From positions 3,771 through 67,770 of the forward strand of contig JBBSCQ010000006.1 in NCBI GenBank assembly GCA_038250105.1: a DNA stretch of 64,000 nt, written 5' to 3'. The position numbers were made by a program, and so were the translations under genes. This document shows positions 43,994-53,658 of the stretch, piece after piece (position 1 is the stretch's first letter; every line of letters starts with the position of its first letter). The notes under the pieces were generated by a model that had not been told where the DNA came from, did no database searches, and saw only the letters and a list, made by a program, of their open reading frames with translations. The stretch is from Burkholderiales bacterium. Its GTDB lineage: Bacteria; Pseudomonadota; Gammaproteobacteria; Burkholderiales; Rhodocyclaceae.

Positions 43994-45592
43994 ATGAGCC
44001 TCAACCTGCCGCAAGGCGTGCAAATTACCGCCCCTCTCCAGCCCGGTTTCGAATCCATTCTGACCCACGACGCGCTGGCCCTGGTCGCCAAGCTGCACCG
44101 CGCCTTTGAAGCGCGTCGCCAGGAACTCCTGAAGGCCCGCGTTACCCGCCAGGCCCGCATCGATGCCGGCGAAATGCCTGACTTCCTGCCGGAAACCAAG
44201 GGCATCCGCGAAGGTGACTGGAAGATTTCCCCGCTGCCCAAGGCGCTGGAATGCCGCCGCACTGAAATCACCGGCCCGGTTGAAGCCAAGATGATCATCA
44301 ACGCCTACAACTCAGGCGCTGACTCCTACATGACCGACTTCGAGGACTCCAACAGCCCGAAGTGGGAAAACCAGATTCAAGGCCAGATCAACCTGTATCA
44401 GGCGATCCGTCGCGAACTGTCGTTCAAGAACGAGAACGGCAAGGAATACAAGCTGAATGACAAGATCGCCACGCTGCAGATTCGTCCGCGCGGCTGGCAT
44501 CTCGATGAAAAGCACGTGCTGGTCGACGGTCAACGCGTTGGCGGCGGCATTTTCGACTTCGCCGTCGTCTTCTTCCACAACGCCAAGGAGCAGATCGCGC
44601 GCGGCGCCGGCCCGTTCTACTACCTGCCGAAGATGGAAAGCCACCTCGAAGCCCGTCTGTGGAATGACATTTTCGTCATGGCGCAGGACCACATCGGCCT
44701 GCCGCTGGGCACCATCAAGGCTACCGTACTGATCGAAACCATTCTCGCCACTTTCGAGATGGAAGAAATCCTCTACGAACTGCGTAACCACTCCGCCGGT
44801 CTGAATGCCGGCCGCTGGGATTACATCTTCTCGTGCATCAAGAAGTTCAAGAAGAACAAGGATTTCTGCCTGGCCCAGCGCAGCGCCATCACCATGGAAG
44901 TGCCGTTCATGCGCGGCTACGCCCTGGCTTTGGTGCAGGCTTGCCACAAGCGCGGCGCGCCGGCGATGGGCGGCATGTCGGCCCTGATCCCGATCAAGAA
45001 CGATCCGGTTGCTAACGAAAAGGCGCTGGCCGGCATCCGCCACGACAAGACCCGCGACGCCAATGATGGCTTTGACGGCGGCTGGGTGGCGCACCCGGGC
45101 CTGGTGCCGATCGCCATGGAAGAGTTCGTCAAGGTCTTGGGCGACAAGCCGAACCAGTGGGAAAAGCAGGTTGCAGGCAATTTCGGCCCGGCCCAGTGGC
45201 TCGATTTCCAGCCGGAACAGCCGATCACCGAAGCCGGCCTGCGCAATAACATCAACGTCGGCATCCATTACCTTGGCAGTTGGCTGGCCGGCAATGGTTG
45301 CGTGCCGATTCACAACCTGATGGAAGATGCGGCCACCGCTGAAATCTCTCGTTCGCAAGTCTGGCAGTGGGTGGTTTCGCCGAAGGGCATTCTCGACGAC
45401 GGCCGCAAGGTCACCGTTGAAATGGTCCGCCCGATGATTGCCGAAGAACTGACCAAGGTGAAAACCTTCGTTACCGCCCAAGGCGAAGACACCGCCAGCT
45501 ACGATCAGGCTGCGGTCATTTTCGACACCATGTCCCTGTCGCCGGAATACCCGGAATTTCTGACCCTGCCGCTGTATGAGGCGATGGCGTAA
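43994..45592 (+). CDS. aceB: malate synthase A
   Basis: 532 aa; MTDFEDS, YLPKMESHLEARLWNDIF, GLNAGRWDYIFS. Confidence 0.97.
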   Translation: MSLNLPQGVQITAPLQPGFESILTHDALALVAKLHRAFEARRQELLKARVTRQARIDAGEMPDFLPETKGIREGDWKISPLPKALECRRTEITGPVEAKMIINAYNSGADSYMTDFEDSNSPKWENQIQGQINLYQAIRRELSFKNENGKEYKLNDKIATLQIRPRGWHLDEKHVLVDGQRVGGGIFDFAVVFFHNAKEQIARGAGPFYYLPKMESHLEARLWNDIFVMAQDHIGLPLGTIKATVLIETILATFEMEEILYELRNHSAGLNAGRWDYIFSCIKKFKKNKDFCLAQRSAITMEVPFMRGYALALVQACHKRGAPAMGGMSALIPIKNDPVANEKALAGIRHDKTRDANDGFDGGWVAHPGLVPIAMEEFVKVLGDKPNQWEKQVAGNFGPAQWLDFQPEQPITEAGLRNNINVGIHYLGSWLAGNGCVPIHNLMEDAATAEISRSQVWQWVVSPKGILDDGRKVTVEMVRPMIAEELTKVKTFVTAQGEDTASYDQAAVIFDTMSLSPEYPEFLTLPLYEAMA

Positions 45593-45622
45593 GCAATACA
45601 GAGAAGAAGTAGGTTGAGACTG

Positions 45623-45651
45623 AAGCGCCGGGGAAACCTGGCGCTTTTTTG
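45623..45651 (+). terminator. rho-independent terminator after aceB
   Basis: AAGCGCCGGGGAAACCTGGCGCTTTTTTG (one mismatch in the stem). Confidence 0.75.
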
Positions 45652-45856
45652 TTGCCCTCGGAAAAGTTTTGGTGGCTCTCAACCCAGCCATCACGGTCAA
45701 CCCGTGATTTTGACCAAATTTTCCCGTCAACCGCAACATTGTTGACTCACGACTCCTCAGCCATACAAATCAATCAACGAATGACAAGATTTGTATAACC
45801 GATTGGATAAGCCGAACCGGGTCGTGGCAAAAATTTCCCCTACCCATGGTCGAACC

Positions 45857-46849
45857 TCACTCGATGCCGGCCATGCCGGCTTCCGGATAACGCTCACCCG
45901 CCACAAGGGATGGCTCAAACAGGCTATCGAGTTCGGCGATCTCGGCGACAGTTAGCACGCGATCAACCGCAGCGGCATTTTGTTCAAGATAGGCAAGGCG
46001 CCGGGTGCCAGGAATGGGAATCACATACGGGTACTTGGCAAGCAACCAAGCCAGAGCCACCTGAGCATTCGTCAAACGCCGTATTTTGGCAAAGGCAGCA
46101 AGTTGCTCGACCAGCAAATGGTTACTCTGTTCCGCCTCGCCTTGAAAGCGCGGGTTGGCTTTGCGGAAGTCGTTTTTTGCCAGTTTTTCGGGGTCGACCG
46201 TACCAGTCAGGAAAGCCCGGCCGAGCGGGCTATAGGCGACGAAGCTGGTGCCCAGTTCGGCACAGGTGGCGAGCATTTCGCGCTCCGGGTCGCGCGACCA
46301 CAGCGAGTACTCGCTTTGCACAGCCGCCACCGGATGCACGGCGACGGCCCGGCGCAGGGTGGCCGGCGAAACTTCGGAGAGACCGATCTGTGCCACTTTT
46401 CCGGCTATCACCAGTTCCGCCATGGTGCCGATCATTTCTTCAATCGGTACTTCCGGATTGCGGCGGTGGCAGTAATAGAGATCGATCTGCTCAATACCGA
46501 GGCGCTGCAGCGAGGCTTCGCAGGCGCTGCGGATGTAGGTCGGGCTGTTGTCGATGCGCCGTTCGTAATTACCCGGTTCACGCACGATGCCGAATTTGGT
46601 GGCGATGACCATTTCCTCGCGCCGTGCCGCCCCGCCCTGCTGAATGAATTGCCCGAGCAGGCTCTCGTTGTGACCAAAGCCGTAGGTATCGGCGCTGTCG
46701 AAAAAATTGTAGCCCCGCTCCAGCGCGCCGGCCAGGGTGAGCAGGGACTGGGCATCGTCAGCCTCGCCATAGAATTCAGACATGCCCATGCAGCCCAGGC
46801 CGAGGGCGGAAACGGTTTTTCCGGTGGCGCCTAATAGTCGATGTTTCAT
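45857..46849 (-). CDS. aldo/keto reductase
   Basis: MKHRLLGATGKTVSALGLGCMGMSEFYG, FFDSADTYG and IPIPGTRRLAYLEQN. Start at the internal ATG; the track's extension is rejected. Confidence 0.9.
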   Translation of the reverse strand: MKHRLLGATGKTVSALGLGCMGMSEFYGEADDAQSLLTLAGALERGYNFFDSADTYGFGHNESLLGQFIQQGGAARREEMVIATKFGIVREPGNYERRIDNSPTYIRSACEASLQRLGIEQIDLYYCHRRNPEVPIEEMIGTMAELVIAGKVAQIGLSEVSPATLRRAVAVHPVAAVQSEYSLWSRDPEREMLATCAELGTSFVAYSPLGRAFLTGTVDPEKLAKNDFRKANPRFQGEAEQSNHLLVEQLAAFAKIRRLTNAQVALAWLLAKYPYVIPIPGTRRLAYLEQNAAAVDRVLTVAEIAELDSLFEPSLVAGERYPEAGMAGIE

Positions 46850-47008
46850 CAGGAAAGTCCTTTTTTGCGGCGTATTAATTTGGACTGGAAGCGCTACGCC
46901 GGACGCGTCAATCCCCGGCCAATAACGGCTTGGGCTTAGAATACGAGCCAGCGTCCCATGCAACAATTCATCAAATTATTGATGCGTTACTGAATTACTC
47001 TCAACAAT

Positions 47009-47920
47009 ATGATCCGTACCAGTCTGAACGATCTGCAAGCCTTCGCCGCCGTCGCCCGCCTGCGCAGTTTCCGAAAAGCGGCCAGCGAAATGAATGTTTC
47101 ACCCTCTGCCCTCAGCCACACCCTGCGCGGGCTGGAAACCCGGTTGGGAGTTCGTCTGCTCAACCGCACAACACGCAGCGTGGCGCCGACTGAGGCGGGC
47201 CTGTGCCTGCTGACGCAACTCGTGCCGGCGCTGCTCGATATTGATTGCGCGCTCGACGAGGTCAACGCCTTTCGCGATTCGCCGGTCGGCACCTTGCGCA
47301 TTAACGCCCCGCGCGCCGCCGTCGATTATGTGCTGGCCCCGCTGGCCACGCGCTTCCTGCGCCAGAACCCTGGCATGCGGCTGGAGATCGTCACCGACAA
47401 CACGCTGGTGGACATCGTCGCCGCCGGTTTCGATGCCGGCGTCCGTTTCGGCGAACGCCTTGCCCAGGACATGATCGCCCGGCCCATCGGCCCGGCGCAG
47501 CGCTTTGTAGTGGTCGGCTCGCCGGCCTATCTGGCGGAATTTGGCACGCCGCAAACGCCGCAGGCATTGACCGGCCATCGCTGCATCCGTATCCGCTTTC
47601 AAAATGACGAACTTTATCGCTGGGAATTTTCACGCGGCAGCGAGAAGGTCGAGGTGGAAGTCGACGGCCCACTCGATGCCGGCGAAATGCCGTTAATGAT
47701 TCAGGCGGCCGAAGACGGCATCGGCCTTGCCTACGTCTATCAACAAGCCGCTGCCGCAGGTCTGGCCGCTGGGCGCTTGTGCAGCGTGCTGGATGACTGG
47801 CGCCCCAGCGAGCCGGGTTTTTTCCTCTACTACCCGAGCCGCCGCCTGGCACCAGCGGGTTTGCGGGCGTTTATTGACTTGCTCAAGACCCCGGAGGCGA
47901 CGGCTTTAGTAGTGGACTGA
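47009..47920 (+). CDS. LysR family transcriptional regulator (divergent from the aldo/keto reductase)
   Basis: LNDLQAFAAVARLRSFRKAASEMNVSPSALSHTLRGLE wHTH plus a LysR effector domain. Confidence 0.9.
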   Translation: MIRTSLNDLQAFAAVARLRSFRKAASEMNVSPSALSHTLRGLETRLGVRLLNRTTRSVAPTEAGLCLLTQLVPALLDIDCALDEVNAFRDSPVGTLRINAPRAAVDYVLAPLATRFLRQNPGMRLEIVTDNTLVDIVAAGFDAGVRFGERLAQDMIARPIGPAQRFVVVGSPAYLAEFGTPQTPQALTGHRCIRIRFQNDELYRWEFSRGSEKVEVEVDGPLDAGEMPLMIQAAEDGIGLAYVYQQAAAAGLAAGRLCSVLDDWRPSEPGFFLYYPSRRLAPAGLRAFIDLLKTPEATALVVD

Positions 47921-47970
47921 AATCAGCACACGGAGGCTGCATTTATTTCCTGCCGACTCATGATTGGCTG

Positions 47971-47982
47971 TTTGGCGAATGC
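47971..47982 (+). repeat. intergenic copy of the over-represented word GCTGCGGTCGAC followed by an A-run
   Basis: GAATGCTGCGGTCGACCGGCAAAAAATGAC, about 50 nt after the LysR stop, same orientation. See finding 1. Confidence 0.7.
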
Positions 47983-48112
47983 TGCGGTCGACCGGCAAAA
48001 AATGACAAAACCCAAGGCCCGTCGCGAGCAGTCAGGGAAGTCCATGATTGCCCCTGCGGGTTAAATAATGACAAGTTAAACCCCACCCTAAAATAATCCG
48101 AGCGAATCCCCC

Positions 48113-49051
48113 ATGGAAATCCTCATCGACATCATCCTGAAAGCTGGCCGCTCGGCGGTTGAGCTTTCGCTCTTCGTGCTGCTGCCGGTGATGGTCGTCA
48201 TGCTGTCGCTGATGCGCCTGCTTGAAGCGCGGGGCGTGCTCGACTGGGTGGTTGTCAAGCTAGCGCCGGTATTGAAGCCGGTCGGGCTGACCGGGCTGGG
48301 CGTTTTTGCCGCTTTGCAGATCAATTTTGTCAGCTTCGCCGCACCAATGGCAACATTGACCATGATGGAACAGCGCGGCGCTTCTGACCGCCATATTGCC
48401 GCGACGCTGGCGATGGTTTTCGCCATGGCGCAGGCCAATGCGGTTTTCCCGATGATCAGCATGGGCCTACATTTGGGCACGACGCTGCTCTATTCGCTGA
48501 TTGGCGGCCTGGTCGCAGCGGCCGCCACCTATTACCTCTTTGGCCGTCATCTGTCGGCGGATGAAGCATTGCTGGATGAAACCCTGCCGCACCCCGTGGC
48601 CGAAAGCGGCAAGGGCGTGCTCGACGTGATCAATCGGGCTGGTGCTGAAGCTTTCCGCATCGCCGTCGGCGCCATTCCGATGCTGGTTTTATCGCTGGTC
48701 GTCGTCACCGCGCTGCGCACATCAGGCGCCATCGACAGCCTGACCCGCTGGCTTGCCCCGCTGCTAACCGCTGCTTCCATCGACAGCGCCCTGATCCTGC
48801 CTAGCCTGACCAAGTACCTCGGCGGCGGCACGGCGATGATGGGGGTAATGGACGAAATGCGCCGGGCCGGCCAGATCAGCGCCGAACTGCTCAACGCCAG
48901 CGCCGGCTTCCTGATTTCCCCCTTCGACCTGCCCGGCGTCGCCGTGCTGATTTCTGCCGGCCGCCGCGTTGCCGCGGTCTGGAAACCCGCCGCCCTCGGC
49001 GCTTGCGTCGGTATTGCCGGGCGCACCATCGGCCATATTCTGACCCCCTGA
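48113..49051 (+). CDS. nucleoside-recognition (Gate) domain membrane protein
   Basis: 312-aa polytopic protein. N-terminus ILKAGRSAVELSLFVLLPVMVVMLSLMRLLE resembles SpmA/SpmB/FeoB-gate type domains (recollection, moderate). Confidence 0.6.
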   Translation: MEILIDIILKAGRSAVELSLFVLLPVMVVMLSLMRLLEARGVLDWVVVKLAPVLKPVGLTGLGVFAALQINFVSFAAPMATLTMMEQRGASDRHIAATLAMVFAMAQANAVFPMISMGLHLGTTLLYSLIGGLVAAAATYYLFGRHLSADEALLDETLPHPVAESGKGVLDVINRAGAEAFRIAVGAIPMLVLSLVVVTALRTSGAIDSLTRWLAPLLTAASIDSALILPSLTKYLGGGTAMMGVMDEMRRAGQISAELLNASAGFLISPFDLPGVAVLISAGRRVAAVWKPAALGACVGIAGRTIGHILTP

Positions 49052-49063
49052 AAGAGGCTCGCC

Positions 49064-49423
49064 ATGCTCTCCGCCCTGACCCAGTTGCTCATCTTTCAAC
49101 TCGCTGGCGAGATCATCGCCCGTGGCCTCAACCTGCCGGTGCCCGGCCCGGTGCTTGGCATGCTTTTCCTCTTCGTCGCGCTCGTTATCCGTGGCGGCCC
49201 GGGTAAGGATCTGCAAACGACCAGCCAGACGTTATTGCAACACCTTTCGCTGCTTTTCGTCCCGGCCGGCGCAGGCATCATGGTGCACTTGCATCGCGTC
49301 GCCAGCGAATGGCTGCCATTGCTGCTTTCACTATTGGTCAGCACGTTGGCCACGCTGGTGGTCACAGCCCTGGCAATGAAACTCTGCCAGCGCGCCCCCG
49401 CTACCAGCGGAGAACAACCATGA
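49064..49423 (+). CDS. lrgA: CidA/LrgA family protein
   Basis: 119 aa, 4 TM, LLIFQLAGEIIARGLNLPVPGPVLGMLFLF. Confidence 0.85.
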   Translation: MLSALTQLLIFQLAGEIIARGLNLPVPGPVLGMLFLFVALVIRGGPGKDLQTTSQTLLQHLSLLFVPAGAGIMVHLHRVASEWLPLLLSLLVSTLATLVVTALAMKLCQRAPATSGEQP

Positions 49424-50145
49424 CCGCGCCGATCAACGAAATCTGGGTCTATCTTTCGGCCTCGCCATTGCTCGGGCTAACCATCACGCTGCTCGCCTAC
49501 CAGGGCGCTTTCTGGCTCTACCAGCGTTCCGGCTGCAACCCGTTGGCCAACCCGGTGTTGATCGCCGTCACCGTTTTAGTGGTTTTTTTGACGTTGACCG
49601 CAACATCCTATGAAACCTACTTCGCCGGCGCCCAATTTGTCCATTTCCTGCTCGGCCCGGCCACCGTGGCGCTCGCCATTCCCCTTTACACGCAGTTTCA
49701 CCGCGTCCGCGCCATGTGGTTGCCGGTGGCGGTCGGCCTGGTCGTCGGCAGTTTGACCGCGACTATTTCGGCGGTGCTGGTCGGCCGCCTGTTCGGCGCC
49801 AGCTTATCCACCCAGCTCTCGCTCGCCCCCAAATCGGTCACGACGCCAATTGCCATGGGCATTGCCGAGCGCATCGGCGGCATTCCCTCACTCACTGCTG
49901 TGCTCGTTATCATCACCGGCATCCTTGGAGCCGTTGGGGCGCGCTATGTTTTCGATGCGATGAAACTGCGCGACCCGGCCATCCGCGGCTTCGCCATCGG
50001 CGTCGCCTCGCACGGCATCGGCACAGCGCGGGCCTTTCAGGTCAATGAACAAAGTGGCGCCTTTGCCGCGCTGGCGATGGGGCTGAATGGGGCGCTCACC
50101 GCCATCCTCGTGCCCTTGATTGCCGGCTGGCTGACCGGGCCATAA
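49420..50145 (+). CDS. lrgB: LrgB family protein
   Basis: ATGA overlap with lrgA; APKSVTTPIAMGIAERIGGIPSLTA motif; about 241 aa. Confidence 0.88.
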   Translation: MTAPINEIWVYLSASPLLGLTITLLAYQGAFWLYQRSGCNPLANPVLIAVTVLVVFLTLTATSYETYFAGAQFVHFLLGPATVALAIPLYTQFHRVRAMWLPVAVGLVVGSLTATISAVLVGRLFGASLSTQLSLAPKSVTTPIAMGIAERIGGIPSLTAVLVIITGILGAVGARYVFDAMKLRDPAIRGFAIGVASHGIGTARAFQVNEQSGAFAALAMGLNGALTAILVPLIAGWLTGP

Positions 50146-50150
50146 GGACT

Positions 50151-50162
50151 GCTGCGGTCAAC
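50151..50162 (+). repeat. intergenic copy of the over-represented word GCTGCGGTCAAC followed by an A-run
   Basis: GGACTGCTGCGGTCAACCACCAAAAGCGGCCAAAA, 6 nt after the lrgB stop, same orientation. See finding 1. Confidence 0.7.
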
Positions 50163-50247
50163 CACCAAAAGCGGCCAAAATCCCTGCCCGGTCAAGTAAG
50201 GGTATCTACCAATGGCCGAGGGCCCACGGTAAGCAAAGAATAGCCCA

Positions 50248-52599
50248 ATGTTCTTACGTCCCCCACCCGCCCCCGCGAAACAGACTTGGCTCTGGCTTGC
50301 CCCCTATGCCGCCATTGGTATATTTGCCCTCGCCATGCTCATTGTCACGGCGCTGCTCCAGTGGCGCGAGCAGGATACCGCCCGCTCAGCACTGGAAGGC
50401 GACATGCATTGGGCTGAGCGGACGATTGAAAGTCGCCTGCATGGCCATCTCGATTTTCTCGCCGCGCTTGGCCGCGAGCTGGAGTTCAAGCAACTGACCT
50501 ACGAAGCCTTTCAGGTCCGCGCCAGTCGCTATGTGCGCGACAATCCGGAACTTGATGCGATCATTTGGGTAAGCACCGAGGGCAAAGTCGACTGGGTATC
50601 GCCCAATGAAGCCACCGCCACCTTTGTTGGCGAACAGTTCAACGACAGCCGACTGCTTGCCTTGCAGGAAGCGCTGCGCACCCGGCGACCGCTGTTTTCA
50701 CAGAACTATCCAAATGCCAACCAGCGGCCAGCCAACGATCTGATTCAGCCAGTACAACAAGGCAGTGCCGACATCGGTGCCTTTATCGCCATGCAGTCGC
50801 TGGAAACTCTGTTGCGCGCCACCTTGCCAGCCGCCTTCACGGCTCGCTACAGCCTGACCGTGGTCGACGCCGAAGATAGAGAAGTTTTCCGCAACTCCAC
50901 CGTCAAGCCGACCGACCGGCAGATTTCCGGCAAGATCAGACTCGACCTGCCAAACAACCAGCTCGGCCTCAACATCGTCGCCTACCGCGGTGGCGGCGCC
51001 TGGCTGCCGTTTGTGCCAGCCGGCCTGATTGTTTTCCTGACGCTGATCGCCACCGCCACCCTCGTTCAACTGCGCCGACACGCGCATCACCGGGCCGAAA
51101 CCGAAGAAAAGCTGCGCGCCGCCTACGCCTTTCGCCACGCCATGTCGCAATCGCTGATCACCGGCATGCGGGCGATTGATCTCGAAGGGCGGATCACCTT
51201 CGTCAATGCCGCTTTTTGTCGGATGACCGGCTTCGATGAAAGCGAACTGGTCGGTATCGCGCCGCCCTACCCCTACTGGCCGGCGGAAGAGTTCAACAAA
51301 CTGCAGAACAACGTCAACCAGGCGCTGGCCGGCCAGGCGCCGACGGCCGGTTTCGAGATGCGCATCATGCGCAAAAACGGCGAACGCTTCGACGTTCGCC
51401 TTTACTTCTCACCGCTGATCGACAGCAATGGCGTGCAAATCGGCTGGATGGCCTCAATGAATGACATTACCGAGCCTAAGCGCGCCCGGGTTGAACTCGA
51501 ACGAGCTCACGAACGCTTTGTCACGGTCATTGATGGCCTCGATACGGCAGTGCACGTAACCGACGTGTCGACCGGCGAAATCCTTTTTGCCAATCGCGCC
51601 TTCCAGCACATTTTTGGCTTCAACAGCGTCGGCCGCGATTCCGCGCAAGTCACTGCTGCTTGTCACCCACCGCCGGAAGCACTGATTCGCGATTTAGAGA
51701 CATTGCACCCGGACGACCTGCCTTGCGAGGTTTTCGACGGCGAAATCCAGCACGCTCTGTCCGGCCACTGGTACCACCTGCATGAACGCGCCATTCGCTG
51801 GATGGACGGACGGACCGTGCGCGTCCAGGTCGCTGCCGACATCACCGACAAGAAGCACATCGACGAGGTCAATCTGCAGCAACAAAAACGCCTGGAACAA
51901 ACCTCGCGCCTGATCACCATGGGGGAAATGGCCTCCTCGCTTGCCCACGAATTGAACCAGCCGCTCTCGGCCATCGCCAATTATTGTGCTGGCTGCGTCA
52001 AGCGCATGCAAGCCGGTAACTACAAGTTTGAAGACCTGCTCGCCGCCATGCAAAAAGCGGCTGAACAAGCCGAGCGCGCTGGCAAGATCATCCGCCGTAT
52101 GCGTGACATGGTGAAAAAAAGCGACCCGAAATGCCTGCCGGTTTCGCTGCATGAACTGGTCGACGAAACCCGTGCCTTTGCCGACATTGAGGCGCAGCGC
52201 ACCGGCACGCAGATCACCGTCGGTATTCCGGAAAATTTGCCTCGAATTGTCGTCGACCGCATCATGATCGAACAGGTGCTGCTCAATCTGGTGAAAAATG
52301 GCATCGAAGCGATGAACGATGTGCCCTTCGACCGCCGTCACCTGAGCATTCAGGCCAAAGTAATCGACGAGCGCATGCTCGAAGTTGCGGTGGCTGATCA
52401 CGGTCATGGCTTGGCAGAGGAGGATATGGAAAGGATTTTTGCCCCGTTCTACACCACCAAGCCGGATGGCATGGGCATTGGTCTCGCCATCTGCCGCTCG
52501 ATCATCGAGTTTCACCAGGGGCGGCTATGGGTTGAAGCAGGACGCGACGGCGGCACCATCTTCCGCTTCACCGTACCGATTGAAGAAAAAGAGGAATGA
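50248..52599 (+). CDS. sensor histidine kinase with periplasmic domain and two PAS domains (FixL/DctS-like)
   Basis: Two TM segments flank a ~220-aa periplasmic region. PAS cores are GRITFVNAAFCRMTGF and GEILFANRAFQHIFGF, the H-box is SSLAHELNQPLSAI, and the HATPase motifs are NLVKNGIEAM, DHGHGL and GMGIGLAICRSI. Confidence 0.9.
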   Translation: MFLRPPPAPAKQTWLWLAPYAAIGIFALAMLIVTALLQWREQDTARSALEGDMHWAERTIESRLHGHLDFLAALGRELEFKQLTYEAFQVRASRYVRDNPELDAIIWVSTEGKVDWVSPNEATATFVGEQFNDSRLLALQEALRTRRPLFSQNYPNANQRPANDLIQPVQQGSADIGAFIAMQSLETLLRATLPAAFTARYSLTVVDAEDREVFRNSTVKPTDRQISGKIRLDLPNNQLGLNIVAYRGGGAWLPFVPAGLIVFLTLIATATLVQLRRHAHHRAETEEKLRAAYAFRHAMSQSLITGMRAIDLEGRITFVNAAFCRMTGFDESELVGIAPPYPYWPAEEFNKLQNNVNQALAGQAPTAGFEMRIMRKNGERFDVRLYFSPLIDSNGVQIGWMASMNDITEPKRARVELERAHERFVTVIDGLDTAVHVTDVSTGEILFANRAFQHIFGFNSVGRDSAQVTAACHPPPEALIRDLETLHPDDLPCEVFDGEIQHALSGHWYHLHERAIRWMDGRTVRVQVAADITDKKHIDEVNLQQQKRLEQTSRLITMGEMASSLAHELNQPLSAIANYCAGCVKRMQAGNYKFEDLLAAMQKAAEQAERAGKIIRRMRDMVKKSDPKCLPVSLHELVDETRAFADIEAQRTGTQITVGIPENLPRIVVDRIMIEQVLLNLVKNGIEAMNDVPFDRRHLSIQAKVIDERMLEVAVADHGHGLAEEDMERIFAPFYTTKPDGMGIGLAICRSIIEFHQGRLWVEAGRDGGTIFRFTVPIEEKEE

Positions 52600-52600
52600 G

Positions 52601-53200
52601 ATGACACAAACTATTTTTGTCGTCGACGATGACGAAGCCATGCGCGACTCGATGACTTGGTTGCTTGAAGGCGAAGGCTACAAGGTCACCTGTTTCGACT
52701 CAGCACAGAGCTTTCTCGCCGCCTGGCGCGACCACATGCGCGGTTGCATTGTGCTCGACGTCCGCATGCCCGAAATGAGCGGCCTGGAATTACATGAACG
52801 GCTCGACAGCCTCGGCTCGCAACTGCCGATCATCTTCGTCACCGGCCACGGCGACGTGCCGATGGCCGTCGCCGCCCTGCAGCGCGGCGCCTGTGATTTC
52901 ATCGAAAAGCCCTTCCACAATGAAGAGTTGCTCTCCCGTATCGAACGCGCCCTCGAACTCGACACCCAGATTGCTACGCGGCGTAAACACAACGACGCCA
53001 TCTCGCACCGCCTGAATCAGCTCACCCAGCGCGAAAGCGAAGTGATGAAACTGGTCGTCGTCGGCAAATTAAACAAGCAGATTGCCGACGAACTGGACAT
53101 CAGCATGAAAACAGTCGAAGCGCACCGCGCCCGCGTCATGGAAAAAATGGGCGTACGCACCCTGGCCGAACTGGTCAAGGCGGTGATGACAGTTAATTAA
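52601..53200 (+). CDS. response regulator transcription factor, FixJ/LuxR (NarL) family
   Basis: Receiver domain IFVVDDDEAMRDSM...LDVRMPEMSG and a C-terminal LuxR HTH LTQRESEVMKLVVVGKLNKQIADELDISMKTVEAHRARVMEKM. Confidence 0.92.
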   Translation: MTQTIFVVDDDEAMRDSMTWLLEGEGYKVTCFDSAQSFLAAWRDHMRGCIVLDVRMPEMSGLELHERLDSLGSQLPIIFVTGHGDVPMAVAALQRGACDFIEKPFHNEELLSRIERALELDTQIATRRKHNDAISHRLNQLTQRESEVMKLVVVGKLNKQIADELDISMKTVEAHRARVMEKMGVRTLAELVKAVMTVN

Positions 53201-53209
53201 ACTTGCGAC

Positions 53210-53542
53210 TCAGAACTGAATGATGTCGCTATCGTTCGAGTTGTAACCACCCGGGTAGAAAGCTTGCCCACGGATTTCCTTCCGGCGCAGCAGTTTTTCC
53301 TGAACCTTTGCCGGCAAGTCGGTAAACAAGATGATGCCCTTGGTGATCAGCAATTCGATCGTATCTTCAATGGCGCGGACAAAATCCCGATCCAGCTCGG
53401 AGAGCTCATTTTGCCGCCAGCGCTCGTGAATGAACTGTAGCACATCGGCATTATCCGCCGGCAAGGCCTCCTGGGCATGACCCAGCGGCATCGGGTGCAG
53501 TTCGCAAATCTGTCCTGCACTGTTTCTTGCCACGTAAAGCAT
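53210..53542 (-). CDS. conserved hypothetical small protein
   Basis: 110-aa ORF. I recall similar small proteins (…LSELD.DF.R..ED.I..LI.KG.I.FTDLP...Q.KL..R) in other beta/gammaproteobacteria without assigned function. Confidence 0.5.
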   Translation of the reverse strand: MLYVARNSAGQICELHPMPLGHAQEALPADNADVLQFIHERWRQNELSELDRDFVRAIEDTIELLITKGIILFTDLPAKVQEKLLRRKEIRGQAFYPGGYNSNDSDIIQF

Positions 53543-53658
53543 GCCAGCACCTCCTGTTAGTCAGCAACGAAGTCTGCATCAGGCAGCCATCGATTGCAAT
53601 TGGCCGAATGATGAAGTCAGACAATATACAGCCAGCGATTAAGCGGCCAAATAAGCGT

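Noticed and set aside
44312-45739. 475-aa minus-strand ORF opposite malate synthase
   Set aside because: Antisense to aceB and of the same compositional artefact type. It contains no recognisable motifs.
47921-48112. Possible riboswitch in the 190-nt region upstream of the nucleoside-recognition-domain membrane protein
   Set aside because: I could not match it to any riboswitch consensus I know. The only defined element is a copy of the GCTGCGGTCGAC word plus a repeated CATGATTG, which is insufficient evidence.
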